Part shown: positions 13,294 through 27,380 of the stretch, one piece after another
Layout: each line of letters starts with the position of its first letter
Numbering within the stretch: position 1 is the first letter of the stretch
Origin: Eledone cirrhosa
Lineage: Eukaryota
Reading direction: 5' to 3'
Assembly (NCBI GenBank): GCA_964016885.1
Contig: OZ024740.1
Coordinates: 296,050,001 to 296,114,000 of the forward strand
Length of the DNA: 64,000 bases
Position numbers and translations under genes: made by a program
Notes under the pieces: model-generated
The model's database searches: none
The model's input: the letters and a program-made list of their open reading frames with translations, nothing else
What the model was told of the DNA's origin: nothing

Positions 13294-14657
13294 TATATTC
13301 CAGTGACTGATGTCATTGAATTTCAAATACAAAATATTTACATCAAATTGTCATGTTGCTAGAGAATACGCTCAAGCTATTAAGCAATATTAAGAGCAAC
13401 ATTACTTGAAAATTGTCCTTCATTAAATTTCTGAAAGAAAAACAAACGAACTTGTTGGTTAAGATTCTTTAGAATTCAACGGTCTGCTTTTCATAGTTTA
13501 AATTCCATTTGTTTCAGTAGAAAAAAATGTATAATTTCGACTCAGAGGTCAAATATGGAGTGAACAGTAAGAGTTGAACTATAAACTCTTCGGTTAGTAT
13601 GTTGACACTCTATAAAGACGGACGATGGCTCCATTATTAAACAGATCTTTACAAGTGAAAAATCTATGACTTGTGAGGCATTCAATATATCTTCAATCGA
13701 ACGTGGCAGACAAAAAAATATTTTAATTCATTTTCTACGGTTTCTACAGAAATTTCACTGTTCTTCACATATTTTCTGTTTAAAAACTCATCCGCATAAA
13801 GTCAGATTTATTTGTGTAATATATACTCCAGATAAAATCACTGTAGTTTTACCCCCAGGGAAATATAGTTCGAGAATTATGAAGCGAGGAGTTATTTAAA
13901 TTGAATTTTTACGCAGAGTTAAGTACATATAACATATCAATTTAATTCATATTCTTTTGTGATGGTTTGCTTTAAGAAAAAAAAAAGACTTATGATAATT
14001 TAAGAACATTGTCTTGTTCCCTACTTCCCTACTCACATACTGCTGCTGGCCATTCTAACCCCCCCCCCCCCCAAAAAAAAACAACAACAACCAAAAAAAC
14101 ATTAACATATAAATCTGTACATTGTAGAAATTATAATATTGAATAGCTGGTGGTCCTAAACTTTTAAGGAGATTTTGGAGAAGATACGGGTGAGTCAGTT
14201 TTCGTTGCCAACTCCCAGTTTAAGGTTTACTTAGAAATCAGCCATTCAATCTAAAGAAATAATTATTAAATATACATTACAAACAACGGTTTCAAGTGAC
14301 ATATTTATTTTATGTTTTACTCGTTTGGTATAGAGGAAGCGGTAGTGGCAATGTCCTTCGCAGAACCTCCATGATCAGAGAGATTGTTGTTGATGTTTCT
14401 ATTAAACTATTACACGTCGACACATACATGATAGACATGAGCAAGAAGGATGTTGTTTCAGATGACCATCGTTATTTGCAGGAAGGACTGCGTGGACTTG
14501 TTTTGGTGGGACCTGAGTCATTGGACACTAAATAATAGAAAAGAGAGACAAATAAGTCGGACACAAAACAAACCAGCTCCGAGAAGCAGAGACCATTGTA
14601 GTAGCGGTAGAAAAAGTGGAGAGAGAAGTCAGAACATCTGTGAGCAAAATGCTAGAG

Positions 14658-14920
14658 CAGGCATGGGCAACCTTTTTCGAGAATGGGGCCGCATAAGATA
14701 TGGCTCATCATCAGGCGTGCCCACATTAAAAAAAGGTGGTAACTCAGGTTGTTTTGATTTGTTTCTTCAAAATTCGTACTCGTTGTTTTCCTCGATCGTA
14801 AAAATGATAGAAAGATAAATTACGACCGAAAAGCTGGGTAAAGAAATCAGAAAGATTTCACTTAGGTGACTTAGGCAAGCCATTTAGAAAGCTTCGCGGG
14901 CCGCAGGTTACCCATGACTG
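14658..14920. mobile_element. hAT (Charlie-like) MITE
   Basis: TIRs CAGGCATGGGCAACCT / AGGTTACCCATGACTG. 8-bp TSD tgctagag/ggctagag. Confidence 0.8.
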
Positions 14921-15663
14921 GGCTAGAGCGTATCTGTTAGTGACTTTATGCTAATTAATCGAGTGACTTTTTTCTAGATGCGAGCTAAGATACCTGTAAG
15001 AGTGGCTACTCTCTGTGTGTGATCAAGGATGTCTGTGTGGGCTGCTTTTCTCTGGTTACAGTCTATGATGTTTCTGTGAAAAGGTTTTCTCTGGGTGCAG
15101 TCCAGGTTATCTGTGTGGCTGGCTTATTTCTGGGTGTGATCCGGGATACCAAACATGACTATGCGTAGACCTCACGCGTGTGTGTGTGTGTGTGAGTGAC
15201 ACTGGAGTCTTGCCTGTATTTTTGCAAGGTGAGCAGACAAGTAAATAAAATAAGACACCTTTTCACCATTCCAAATTCGTAATTATCAACGTCAATTTCG
15301 CCTTCGTTCGTTAATCTGAAGTTCATCATTATCGTCTTCGTCACCTTCAATTTCGTTGTCATTAGTATCAATTTCATCATCACCAACATTAAATTTGCCA
15401 TCGTTGATTTCAATTCCGTCATTACTGTGAGATGGGGGGGGGGGGGGGGGGGGGGCGTTATAATTTTTATTATGACGCGTGAGACATTGACACCAATGAT
15501 TACTTGTAGAATTGTAAACGAATGTAAATACTGAAAATTGTTTCAAAGTATTTCAAGTTTTGTATAAAGAAATTTGCTGTAAACTACAGATATAAACTTG
15601 GTAGTATTAGAACTAATGGGTATACTTCACATACAAATACGAATTCCATTTTCAAGTCATCGG

Positions 15664-16760
15664 CTTCTTCTTCTTCTTCTTCTTGAGAGAGTCGTGGGGC
15701 AGAGTCTTGAAACACTCCTGCCAGTGGGTCCTGCCAGAAGCAACCATCTCTAACTTATCCGGCAGCATCCCTAAGCGAGACTAGCCAAGATCATGGATGT
15801 TACCCAATGATCTTGCTCGTGGTCTACCCCTGGGTCTCGTGCCGGTTGGTTTTGGCCGTAAAATCTGTCCAGTGAATCTTTCTTGAGACATTCTAACCAC
15901 ATGCCTGTAATATTGTAGCTGTGATCTCGCAATTCGGAGAAGTAGCGGCACTGCCTGGAGTGATTCTCTAATCTCCGAACTACTTGTTCACGTGGGATGG
16001 AAGGTCGGAGGCTGAATTAAGTGCAAGAATTGCTGGAGATGATGCAGTAATGTGCCAGCTTCAGCATTTGGTAATCAGAATAGGGGAGGTAGGTGTAAAA
16101 GCCAAACTCGCTTTCTTCAATTCGGTATCCTTGCCAACCCTTACCTATCGTCTTGGAAGCCATGCTTTCAAGCATAGTTACGTCCCTTTACGGTCTGAGT
16201 TCAAATCCTGTCGAGGTTAACTTTGCCTTTCAACCTTATGGGGGTCGATAAAATAAAGTACAAGTAATGTACTGGGTAATTGCTGGCCTTGTGCCAAAAG
16301 TAGAAACAATTAATTTTGTGTAATGACCGAAAGAATACGATCGCGAATACAAGCGGCCGAAATACTCTATCGAGTAACTTTACTCCAAAGATCCTTCGGG
16401 ACAACATTTCGATCGCATGTATTCACGATTGTATTCTTTAGGTCATTACCCAAGATTTATAACCATAGGTAAAGGTTAGCACGAATACTCAATGGAAGAT
16501 AGGGAGTTTGGCATTTGCACCAACCTCCCTTCTGATTACTGAATGCTGAAGCTGGCGCATTACAACACCAGCTCCTGCAATTCTTGAACTTAATTCAGCC
16601 TCCTGCTTTCCATCACCCATTAACATGGCCCCGAAATACTTGAACTTCTCCACCTACTTCAGTGAAACTCCATTCACACATAGATTGCACTGCGCTGGCT
16701 TCCTTGAGATGACGAGTGTGGTCAGTTTTCGCAGCACTCAGCATCAAGCCTATCAAGTCC
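15664..16760 (-). mobile_element. Decayed RTE LINE fragments (partly inverted, interrupted by a SINE)
   Basis: (TTC)n tail at 15664, RPRGRP-like 3' coding remnant on minus, plus-strand piece at 15984-16150, and an FK.F.G-type RT thumb remnant near 16640 (-). Confidence 0.6.
16159..16312 (+). mobile_element. SINE family A, partial
   Basis: GAGTTCAAATCC...GGGGTCGATAAAATAAAGTAC...GGCCTTGTGCC.AAAGTAGAAACAATTA. Confidence 0.8.
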
Positions 16761-17214
16761 ATGTTGGAGATCAACTTCTGTCGATTAAATAATACCATGT
16801 TAAGTATTCTGAGACCCCAAAGAGGGTTCGGAAGGGAGCAAACCTTAACAATTGGAACCAGTGAAAATTTTGGAAAATTGTCAGAAACGAAAATGTAAAG
16901 CCGAAATGAAATTTTAAACTAGTATCGAATATTTTACGTTCACATATAAAGAAGTAAACCGTTCTGTGTTGCTATGTGTTACTCGGTCATTGGAAACCCA
17001 GTAGCTTGAATCACCACTATGAAGTACATCATAAAATCTTTACGTATGATTATCCATCTGTATCATAATTAAAAGTAAACAAGTTAAATATATTATAATC
17101 ATCAATAAATGGCCAGCAGACACAGTTGGCAACATTCACTAAGAAAGATGATATATGTCTATATTCTGATAACGAATTTATAAAGAAGAATATATGTTGA
17201 TATTGTTGCCTTAA

Positions 17215-17741
17215 AGGCGGAAAATTGGCAAAATCCTTCGAACGTCAAATAGAATGATGTGCGGTATTCGTTTCCAAACTCTGCTCTCAAATCCCGCTGC
17301 GGTTAACTTTGCTTTTCATCCTTTTGAGATTGATAAAAAAGGAGCAGTCAAGTATTGGGGTCGGATCTTCCTCTATATCTCTTTCTCGCTCCCAGCCTTT
17401 CACTCTCTCTATTCTTCCCTAGAAGAAATCTGCTGTGTTCAAAACTGGGGAGAGATGGGCTCCGCCAGGTTAAAAAAATATCCTAGAAATGTATGCAAAT
17501 ACGACTCTAGTGTTACGGGACCATGCAAGCATTGTTGACTTAACAAATAGCAGTCATACACCATGGATGACATAATCGACTTGCCACTTCCCTCAAATTG
17601 CTGGCCTTGTGCCTAAATCAGAACTGGCAGTATTGGTAGAGGGTCGGACGCCCTTGCTTTGGCGCATAGAGTTACGGCCCTTGCCATTCTGAGTTCAAAT
17701 CCCGCCGAGGTTGGCCTTGTGCCAATAGTAGAAACAATTAT
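17215..17741 (+). mobile_element. SINE family A copies (long variant plus rearranged short copy)
   Basis: Shared head and tail motifs with 58060-58247. Body matches 130-280 in reverse. Confidence 0.65.
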
Positions 17742-17845
17742 TAGATTGAAACAATTTAACATACATTCTAAATTTCTAAATGAACGAGATATGTGACGTG
17801 TTTGTCATTGTGCACGAAACAAGTCGACAGAAGACTGCATGCATG

Positions 17846-18075
17846 TACTCTCGAGTCTGAAATGATAAGGAGGGGGATAAGCGGGGGCGTGGAATAAACG
17901 GAGGTGGATTAAGCGGATGGCTGGGTGGAAAATTACTATTTTTTCTAGGTTGTCTCTGGTGATTAAAAAAAAACAAGATAAAACAAAATCAATTGTCGCA
18001 AAATTTCGCCGGAGAAAGATTAACAAAATTTAATAAGCGGGGGTGGCAGGAGCGATTATTCGAGACTCGAGAGTA
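17846..18075. mobile_element. TA-flanked MITE (Tc1/mariner/pogo-like)
   Basis: TA-CTCTCGAGTCT ... AGACTCGAGAG-TA termini. Relatives at ~850-953, 18090-18308 and 49481-49852. Confidence 0.7.
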
Positions 18076-18347
18076 TATTTAATGTAAGGAACAAAACAAA
18101 ATTAGTCATTTGGTTTGCAAATTGAGACCCCAACTCATCCCATTTATTTTATAACATATGGGATTTCTTGTAATGTTCATTTTTTAATGTCTAAAGAAAA
18201 TTAATTGTCGCAGGAATGCTACCACTTAAAATAAAATTAGCAAAATTTAATAAGCGGGTGAAAAAAATTAATGAGTAGGAAGGTGTGATTAATCGAGACA
18301 CGAGAGTAAATTTAATGTAGGGAACATTTACAAGCTAACTAGAAATT

Positions 18348-18527
18348 AATTGTTTCTACTTTTGGCACAAGGCCAGCAATTACTCAGTGCATTACTGGTA
18401 CTTTATTTTATCGACCCCGTTTAGGGTGAAAGGCAAAGTTAACCTCGGCGGGATTTGAACTCAGATCGTAAAGGGATGTAACTCTATGCTTCAAAGCATG
18501 GCGTCTGACCCTCTACTGATATTGCCA
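18348..18527 (-). mobile_element. SINE family A
   Basis: Near full-length reverse copy of 58060-58247. Confidence 0.85.
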
Positions 18528-18639
18528 AGAAATTAATAATGGAGAATGAAACAATAGTATTCGATGACAAATATAGTTTTTATTTTTCAGGCCAATACGG
18601 AGTACGTTTCATTCGGTCTTATCTGTATAGCTCTCTCAA

Positions 18640-18690
18640 TATCTTTCTTTCTCTCTCTCTCTCTCTCGTTATCTATCCCTCACTAATTCA

Positions 18691-18767
<77 letters not shown>

Positions 18768-19319
18768 ACACACGCACATACACCTTTTTCTCTTTCTCCC
18801 TCTCTTCATCAAACACAGATCTATCTCTCCCTTTCTCACTCTATCAAACACTCATCTCCCTCCCTCTGTCTATCAAGCACCTATCTCTCTCTTCCTCTCT
18901 CTGTCAAACACCCATATCCCTCTTTCTCTCTCTATCAAACACCCATCCTCCCCCCTCTCTCTCTCTCTATCCTACATCTTTCTCTCTCTCTCTCTCTCTC
19001 TCACACACATCTCTCTCTCTCTTACACACATCTCTCCCTCTATCACACAGCTCTCTCTCTATCAAATACCCATCTCTCTCTCCCGAGAGAACCTCACTCA
19101 AGTTCAATACTCTGTCCTACTTCACGCACACACACACACACAAACAAACATACACATACACACATACGCACACATGCAAACACTCACATACATACATACA
19201 CACACAAGCATTGAATACATACACAGACACACACACAAACACAAACATACACACACACACATACACCAAACACACACACACACATACACGCCCACAGACA
19301 CACGCACAAACACACACAT

Positions 19320-19354
<35 letters not shown>

Positions 19355-19550
19355 AACACACACATACACACATACACACACATGCAAACACTCACATATA
19401 TACATACACACACACAAGCATTGAATACATACACAGACAGACACACACAAACACAAACATACACACACACATACACCAAACACACATACACGCCCACAGA
19501 CACACGCACAAACACACACATGCACACACAAACACACACACACACAAGAA
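18640..19550. repeat. (CT)n and (CA)n-rich compound repeat with a ~200-bp tandem duplication
   Basis: Unit ...CATGCAAACACTCACATA...AAGCATTGAATACATAC...CGCCCACAGACACACG... occurs at ~19130-19335 and ~19340-19545. Confidence 0.8.
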
Positions 19551-19951
19551 AACAAGCACCTACATTCACGTTTTGTCGGTCTACTTTTCACACATCGTTA
19601 CACATATACACCTATGTCCTCTTTCTCTCTTTGTTTCCTCCCCTCTCCCTCTCCTTTCCTCCTACTCTCCCCACTTACATAGTTTGTCATTCTCTACAGC
19701 CACATATTCATTCTCTCATTCCGGTCATTCTTATATTCTCATCCTTCTATACATACAGGTTGACGTTCATTGTCACATATATACAACATTCATTCACATT
19801 GTCACCTCCCCACATATTTATTATATACTATCTCCTGCCCACCACTTACACACACCCCATTCACACCCTTGCAACCGCATTGTACACACCACCAACAGGA
19901 CACCACACGCCCCCACGGTATGCATACATAGCAACAATACAATTCTAATAT

Positions 19952-20079
<128 letters not shown>

Positions 20080-20266
20080 TTATATATATTTATATATATA
20101 TATATATATATTAAAATAACAGATTAAAGTTTAAGCAAAGAATCGCTGCATTTACCCTTAACGGGATCTTCTGAAACTAAAAATATTTGCTCTACGGTTC
20201 TTATATATCACTGATATATTTATCCTTATCGAGCCCTCTTTGGATTTTAGTTTTCAAATTTATTAT

Positions 20267-20339
<73 letters not shown>

Positions 20340-20344
<5 letters not shown>

Positions 20345-21017
20345 ATGCTTTGGGAGAGTCATGTTGCCAATAAGAAACACACGTACCAGTTGCTTTCACT
20401 CCAATTTATTATAATTTATTATAAATTAAATTTATAAATTTAAGAATTTATAAATTTCCGGTTGGTTGGTTGGTTCCATAACCGGACGGTTGTTCATATA
20501 TTGTCAAAGTTCTTTCGTCACACATTCTGCGACCTCTTCAGTGACTGGGGATTCTTTTCTTTGTTTTGTGCTTCTCCTTTGTTCTGTCCTACGTCATCTT
20601 GTTTTTGTGTGTTGTGTGCTTAGTTTGCGCATGTGTTACATCCGGGTGTCTGTGTGTGTTTCTATTTGTTTATTTATTTGTTTATTTACATGTTACTTTT
20701 TGGTTGTTTGTTCTATGTGTGTGTGTTTTCATTTTGTCCTTAATTGTAAGTTGTGATGTTGCTATTCCATTCATGTTTTCTATTTAATTTTGGTTGGAGT
20801 TCATTTATGTTTATTGCCTCTGTGATTTGTCTAAACATTGCATCTTTTCTGTGTGTAGATTCTATTTTTATTTCTATGTTCTCTAATTTGCCCATATGTT
20901 CTATTTTAGCATGTTGGTGGAGTATGGATGATTCTTTTGTATCTTGAAGCTGTCGCTAGTGTTCATTTAGCCGTTCTCCTATACTACGAGCTGTCTCACC
21001 TATGTACACTATATTCT

Positions 21018-21020
<3 letters not shown>
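20340..21020 (-). mobile_element. 3' fragment of a Nematis-like PLE (GIY-YIG C-terminus, 3' UTR, HHR at 20503-20545)
   Basis: Near-identical reverse copy of ~25485-26155. Confidence 0.88.
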
Positions 21021-21057
<37 letters not shown>

Positions 21058-21535
21058 TAAGGTTAGTCCTTCATCAGTGATCTTCCAACCATCATTGGTA
21101 TTTCATCGCTTTAAAGACCATATACCTCCGGTTGGTGCGAGCAACGGCTAAAGAAAGTCGTTGAGACACGTAAATAAGGGGTACGAGCGAGAGTGTAAAC
21201 AAACAAAGGTGGTAAAGCAACGAAAAGTGAGGAAGAAAGAGTCAAGTCCCAGATTTCCATGAATATAAGTTCGGTGAAATCGTGAACGAGAGAGAATAAA
21301 GACCATCAAACCTAGTCGGAATGTGAGCAAGGAAGGAATTCCGCACAGGTCAAACGGGTGGAGAAGGAGTCCAGTCCCTGAATTCGGTGAATATAAGTTC
21401 GGTGAAATCGTAGACGAGAGAGAGAAAAGGGGAAACAGCCTGGCCAAGCGTGCGAGAGAAAAGAATTACGCACAGGTCAAACGGGAGGAAGTAGCAGAGA
21501 GTGAGTGAGTGAATATATATATATATATATATATA

Positions 21536-22111
21536 TAAACAATTAAGTTAAAAATGTACATCCACATATGTATACTGAAATACTAGTATGCATATGAATA
21601 CACACACGTATACATATGTAGATGTACCGAGTTTTTCACTGGTCACTTTACTGTGAGTGTCCAGCTATTCTGTATGTAAACACACAGACAAACCGGTTTT
21701 TAGAGTCATACTGGTTTTTGAGGAAACACCTTTCCTCTATTCTCCAGAAAGCCAGACAAGGAATATTGAACTAGTTTAGATGTTGTTACATCTCATCAGC
21801 AATATTTACCTATCTTCCGGCCTCTCTAGAGAATCGTAAAAGCACATATCGTTATATGCTTTTTCTATGAAAATTAGTAGTGGGTAGACTAATTTGCATA
21901 GAGCGTGAGTACGTACCGGTTCAACGGAGACGATAAAAACAAATAACGAAACGAAATTAAATTTCGTTTCGTTTGTAACTCACTTTTGTATGACTGACGC
22001 TTAAACAATTAAGTTAAAAAGTTAAAAAAGTTAAAAAGTTAATTGTTTAAGCGTCAGTCATACAAAAGTGAGTTACAAACGAAACGAAATTTAATTTCGT
22101 TTCGTTATTTG

Positions 22112-22118
<7 letters not shown>
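21536..22118 (-). mobile_element. Non-coding PLE-type insert with a decayed HHR (21762-21806) and a terminal 80-bp fold-back
   Basis: Minus strand: AATATTG-CTGATGA-GATGT-AACA-ACATC-TAA-ACTAGT-T^CAATATT (G12 mutated). 19-nt direct repeat at 21536 and 22002. Confidence 0.7.
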
Positions 22119-22148
<30 letters not shown>

Positions 22149-22499
22149 CATTAAAAAGATCTGAGGCCATATGCAGTTGATTTAGGTTTATATATATCTT
22201 CGTGAAGGGCGGTGGATTGGCAGAATCGGTAAAGCATCAGACACCATGCTTTGCGGCATAGAGTTATGGCCCTTTACGTTCTGAGTTCAAATCCTGCCGA
22301 GGTTAGCTGTGCCTTTCATCCTCGAAAATTTTTCTTTTCATTTCGTGATACAGGGGACGGCAGAATGTGTTGATGTTGTTTCTACGCCAGTCGGCCCCTG
22401 TACATATATATATACCCACTCTACTAACCCAAGTATCGAGTACTCTGGTGGGTTATTGTCCACCTGGTATTTTACCACACCCTTTCTCTTATATATATA

Positions 22500-22830
22500 T
22501 AGTTCAATGACAATCAAACAAACGCATGAGTCAAAGGTACAAATTGTTATTAGTTTCACGCTTGGTGAGAGTGGAGGGGTGATGTTACGACGTTTCGAAC
22601 ATAAGTCTTTCATCAGGAGAGTGGTGGGGGGACTCCGAGAGTGAGGAGGGAGTTAGTGGGAAGAACATGAAAGGACGGGAAAAGTAGATATAGAAATAAA
22701 TATGAAACATAAAGTCAAAATAAATAGAAACAGAATTAAACGGAATATATAAAGAAAACAGAATAATAAAGAGTGAGAAGGGTGTGGGAAAGCAGGGGTG
22801 TGGTGGTGCGCGAGGGGTGGGTGGTGATAT
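22500..22830 (-). mobile_element. Neptune-like PLE 3' end with HHR (22585-22620)
   Basis: Minus strand: CTGATGA-A-AGAC-TTAT-GTTC-GAA-ACGT-C, then GCGTGAA.CTAATAA as at 8450-8465. Another tail copy lies at ~27975-28060. Confidence 0.7.
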
Positions 22831-24106
22831 ATATATAAATCGGGATGGATTCAGTAAGAAACTGGTTAGACCATTACTCACAAGAGTACTCGATACTTGA
22901 AGTAGTAGAGTATGGTTATAAGAATGAGTCAGGACCCCGACAGCTGAACTCTTGCCGTTTCAACAGCTAGTTCCAGATTTGACGTGTGTGAGTGTAGACT
23001 GTGTAGTAGAAAATGCTGGCGTAGTGAATTTTTTTTTATGTGGTCAGAAATATCACAACCTAGATTTATCACTTTACCAAACTGTATATTTAAATTATCT
23101 TGTGAGAAGCATGTGCATAATTAAGATAGAGGGTGCTCATAACTAGGAAGTGGTGCTCATTAAATGGCAAACCCAAGCATCAACCTTATGTGCATCTGTA
23201 TAACTCTGGTGTTTACAAGTATTAACTGTTTATTTTTTTTATTCCGTCAGCCCCGTCACCAGGTGGAAGAAATGCACCTCTCAGCTATTGTTCTCAACCA
23301 GATTTAGTAAATTAAGTTTTAAAAACAAAAACAAAAACAAAAACAAAAACAAAAACAAAAAAATTCGTTAAATATATTGAAACGAAATCTTGACTTTGTA
23401 AAATGTTATTCTTAATATAGTTTATTTAATTTTATCGTATATAAATCTATATTATAATATGAGCGCTCTATCTATCCAGCCGTCGGTCTGTCACGCTCAT
23501 TTTATATAGAGAGAGGAGGAAGGCCAAGTGAGAGATATGTATATAGATAGAGAGAGAAAAGGGAACAGCGTGTGTTTTCGAGGTGACAGAAAGAGGTAGT
23601 TAGAGAAAAAGTTACGGCTTCGCTCTCATCTATATAGAAAGAGGGCGAGCGCCAGGCGAGAGGCATTTACATATATAGAGAGAGAAAAGGGTATGAGTTT
23701 AAATCCCGCCGAGGTTAATTTTGCCTTTCATCCTTACGGGGTCGATAAAATAAAGCACCAATAATTCACTGGGATAATTGCTGGCCTTGTGCTAAAAATA
23801 GAAACAATTATTTTAATTACCAATCTGTTGTTAGTCAGTGCAAACCGTAGGAATCATCAGAGTTTATTAAATCTATAGACAACCAACAAAATATCTTGAT
23901 AAATCACTCATAAAAATTCGAAAAAGGAGGCATTTAAACATATGATACTTATTGAATAAGGAATAAGATGCATTGAGCTTAGTTGTTATGTGTATTGTTA
24001 GTTTATAGTATACGGTGTCAAATCTGTTAAAATGTTACGACGATTAAAAGTTAAAATGAAGATAATTTTTTGAAATAATAGTAATTTTTCAAACACAAAT
24101 TCAAAG

Positions 24107-26149
24107 TTGTATAGCTTAATTCATGCAATTGACGTGGATTTTGCTGTGGAGAACTGCGTAGAAATGATCAGTGAGAACAATGTTGAATTCCGTGGGATTG
24201 ATACCAATGAGCTGGGACTCCTACTTAAACTTACCTATAGTAATGATTATCTAGATACGTATGACCTTAGCAACCTGTGCCCTACAAGACCAGCAAGAGG
24301 CAGACCACCTACCATTACCTCAATGGCCAAGAAAACCCACACAGAAAGATGAACGGGTGGACCAGAGCCATACGAACCCCCGAAAACCACGATGAACTAA
24401 AGAAAATGATTGCACATGCGATGGGGGCCAGTATAAAACTAATCCTTAAGGAACATATGTTCAAATTTAATGGAAAAACATATGCCCAAGATATGGGAGC
24501 AGCCATTGGTGTTAGCATTGCAGGTGACATAGCTAACCTATTCATGGTATGGTGGGACAATAAACTTAAACTTAAACTTAAAGAACAATTAGAAGACAGC
24601 AACCTCTTAACCCTGATAATGTACTCCCGCTACGTTGACGATATAAACATCATAGTTAAGACACCTCCACTAGAGAACAGTCAGGAATTAGAGAAAAACA
24701 CAATGGAAAGCATCCAGCAAATAGCTAACTCCATTCACCAGAGTATTAGAGTTACTATAGACTACCCAAGCAAACACACCAACCATCGATTACCTGTACT
24801 AGACACAGAGCTCTGGTTAGAAACCATTAATAACAAAAAACAAATCCTCCATTCCCATTATGCCAAACCCATGACTTCCAAATATCTGATCCACCGAAAC
24901 TCAGCTGTTTCGGATCACACCAAAATCAACATACTGATTGCGGATTTGGTACGGGTGATGAGAAACGTGTCCGCATGTGCAACCCCAAAGAACTAGAGAG
25001 ACACATACAACACTTCATCCACCGTATGCAGTTCTCTGGTTACAATCAGAGAGATAAAATCAGAGTATATAGAGGAGCCAGAACCAAATTGGAAAAAATG
25101 GTAAATAATGATACAAATGGGACCTGCCCCTTGTATAGGAGCAAATTTTGGAATAGAATAGAAAGAACTAGGAATAAGGTTAATAGAATAAAATCATGGT
25201 ATGATAGCAATAAATACCAGAGTGTAATGTTCATCAATACAACCACTAGAGGTGAATTAGCTTACAAATTTAGAAGGGCCCTAGATAAACTTAAACTTAA
25301 TATTAAGATAGTAGAAAGACCAGGTACCTCCATAAAAACACTTATTAGTAATACATACCTTTTTCAAAGATCCCCCTGTATAGATAAGAAATGCATAATC
25401 TGTAAACTAAGCCCCCATATTAACTGTAAAACTAGAAATGTAGTATATAGCATAAGATGTACTGAAGGACAATGTAAGGATAAGAATATAGTGTACATAG
25501 GTGAGACAGCTCGTAGTATAGGAGAACGGCTAAATGAACACTGGCGAGAGCTTCAAGATAAAAAAGAATCATCAATACTCCACCAACATGCTAAAATAGA
25601 ACATAAGGGCAAATTAGAGAACATAGAAATAAAAATAGAATCTACACACAGAAAAGACGCAATGTTTAGACAAATCACAGAGGCAATAAACATAAATGAA
25701 TGACAACCAAAATTAAATAGAAAACATGAGTGGAACAGCAACATCACAACTTACAATTAAGGACAAAATGAAAAGACACACGCACATAGAACAAACAACC
25801 AACCAGTAACATGTAAATAAACAAATAAATAAACGAATATAAACACACACAGACACCCGGATGTAACACATGCGCAAACTAAGCACACAACACACACAGA
25901 AACAAGATGGCGTAGGACAGAACAAAAGAGAAGCAGAAAGCAAAGAAAAGAATCCCCAGTCACTGAAGAGGTCACAGAATGTGTGACGAAAGAACTTTGA
26001 CAATATATGAACAACCTTCCGGTTGTGGAACCAACCAACCAACCGGATATTTATAAATTCTTAAATTTATATATTTAATTTATAATAAATTGGAGTGAAA
26101 GCAACTGGTGCGTGTGTTTGTTATTGGCAACATGACCCTCCCAAAGTAT

Positions 26150-26155
<6 letters not shown>
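24107..26155 (+). mobile_element. Penelope-like retroelement (Nematis-like), 5'-truncated, with frameshifts
   Basis: GAAIGVSIAGDIANLFMVWW, YSRYVDD, C...KCIIC linker, VVYSIRC...VYIGETARS..ERLNEH..H. Frameshifts at ~24345 and ~24975, internal TGA at 25701, natural stop ~25760. The 3' end abuts (TA)n. Clade assignment is from remembered motif similarity. Confidence 0.9.
25959..26001 (+). ncRNA. Minimal hammerhead in the PLE 3' UTR
   Basis: GTCA-CTGAAGA-G-GTCACA-GAATG-TGTGAC-GAA-AGAACT-T^TGAC. Confidence 0.75.
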
Positions 26156-26232
<77 letters not shown>

Positions 26233-26233
<1 letters not shown>

Positions 26234-26475
26234 CGATCATAATGTCGTGGGTTCGATTCCTGGGTTGCGTGTAGTGTTCTTGAGCAAAACACTTCATTAT
26301 TTCACGTTCCTCCAGTATAATCAGCTGAAAATGAGTACCAGCAATAGCTGGGGGTTTAAACTTTCAATGGACAGGCGTCCTGTCTAGTGGGGAGTCTTGT
26401 GCTCTCAGTCGCCTCACGCCATACAACCGGGATGAGCACCGGCCAAATGAACCTTCTTGCTTAAGACATACTTTA
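26233..26475 (+). mobile_element. tRNA-derived SINE (family B-related)
   Basis: GGGTTCGATTCC box B, then TCTTGAGCAAAACACTT..ATTTCACGTT. Confidence 0.7.
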
Positions 26476-26482
26476 TATATAT

Positions 26483-26548
<66 letters not shown>

Positions 26549-27380
26549 GGGAATCAGTAAAATCGAATCTCTGGCGGTTTGCAAGTAATTCGGCCTGCTT
26601 ATATGAAGTGATGGGTTAGCGAAGCACTAGATAAGATAGGTCTCAGAGTTATAACATACGTTTAATTAGCTTGACAAATCGGACATTGTGGTAGGCTAAA
26701 CTAACACACAATACATACCAAAGCAACAATGAAACTAAACAATGGCATTTTGAGAACAACTGGAAATTATTATTTGATAATTAACTACACCATACATATT
26801 ACATACAATCCGTATATCCTCAAGAAATTTACAGGGAATAAATAAGATATAAATGAGGTTTAACAACCTCACAAGGTTTAAAGAACAAACAAACAATTTC
26901 AAAAACATTTAGCATACAACGAGCAGTTAGATTCAAAGGCGTGTTATGGAGATGGAATCTTTTTTAAAAGCCATGCAAGACTATATGTTTACTTGTGATT
27001 TCTGTCATTAGATTGTACTGAATGGGTTTATGTAGAGTTTATTTATTTAGAATTTTGTTATTATTTTTCTTTATATATGTCGAATAAAGTTTGTTAATAA
27101 CCGTATTGAAACGTGTTCAGAAACGAAGAAATGAATATAATTTCATATCATTGAATTTTAATGTTCTGAACCGTCATTAACAACATGATATTTAACTGTT
27201 GATAACTGAATCGTACTCCTGAAGAAATAAGGACTGTAATGCGCATAGAGCTTCTCTCAGTTTACCAAAGAAAATAGTGAAGTACTACACTATAATCACA
27301 TATTTTATTCCTTTTCCTTATACTTTCACCCGTGGAGGACATCTCGTTTTTAATTTCTTATATAAATATATATATATATA

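Noticed and set aside
21055-21125. Minus-strand CTGATGA and GAAA in permuted order
   Set aside because: Could not build consistent helices.
23445-23690. Helitron-like 5' end (also a CTAG motif at ~11437)
   Set aside because: Too degenerate; no matching opposite terminus found.
25701-25703. In-frame TGA in the PLE ORF as selenocysteine (as reported for some Naiad PLEs)
   Set aside because: The sister copy near 20800 has CTC (Leu) here, the position is not a Cys site, and the element has other disabling frameshifts.
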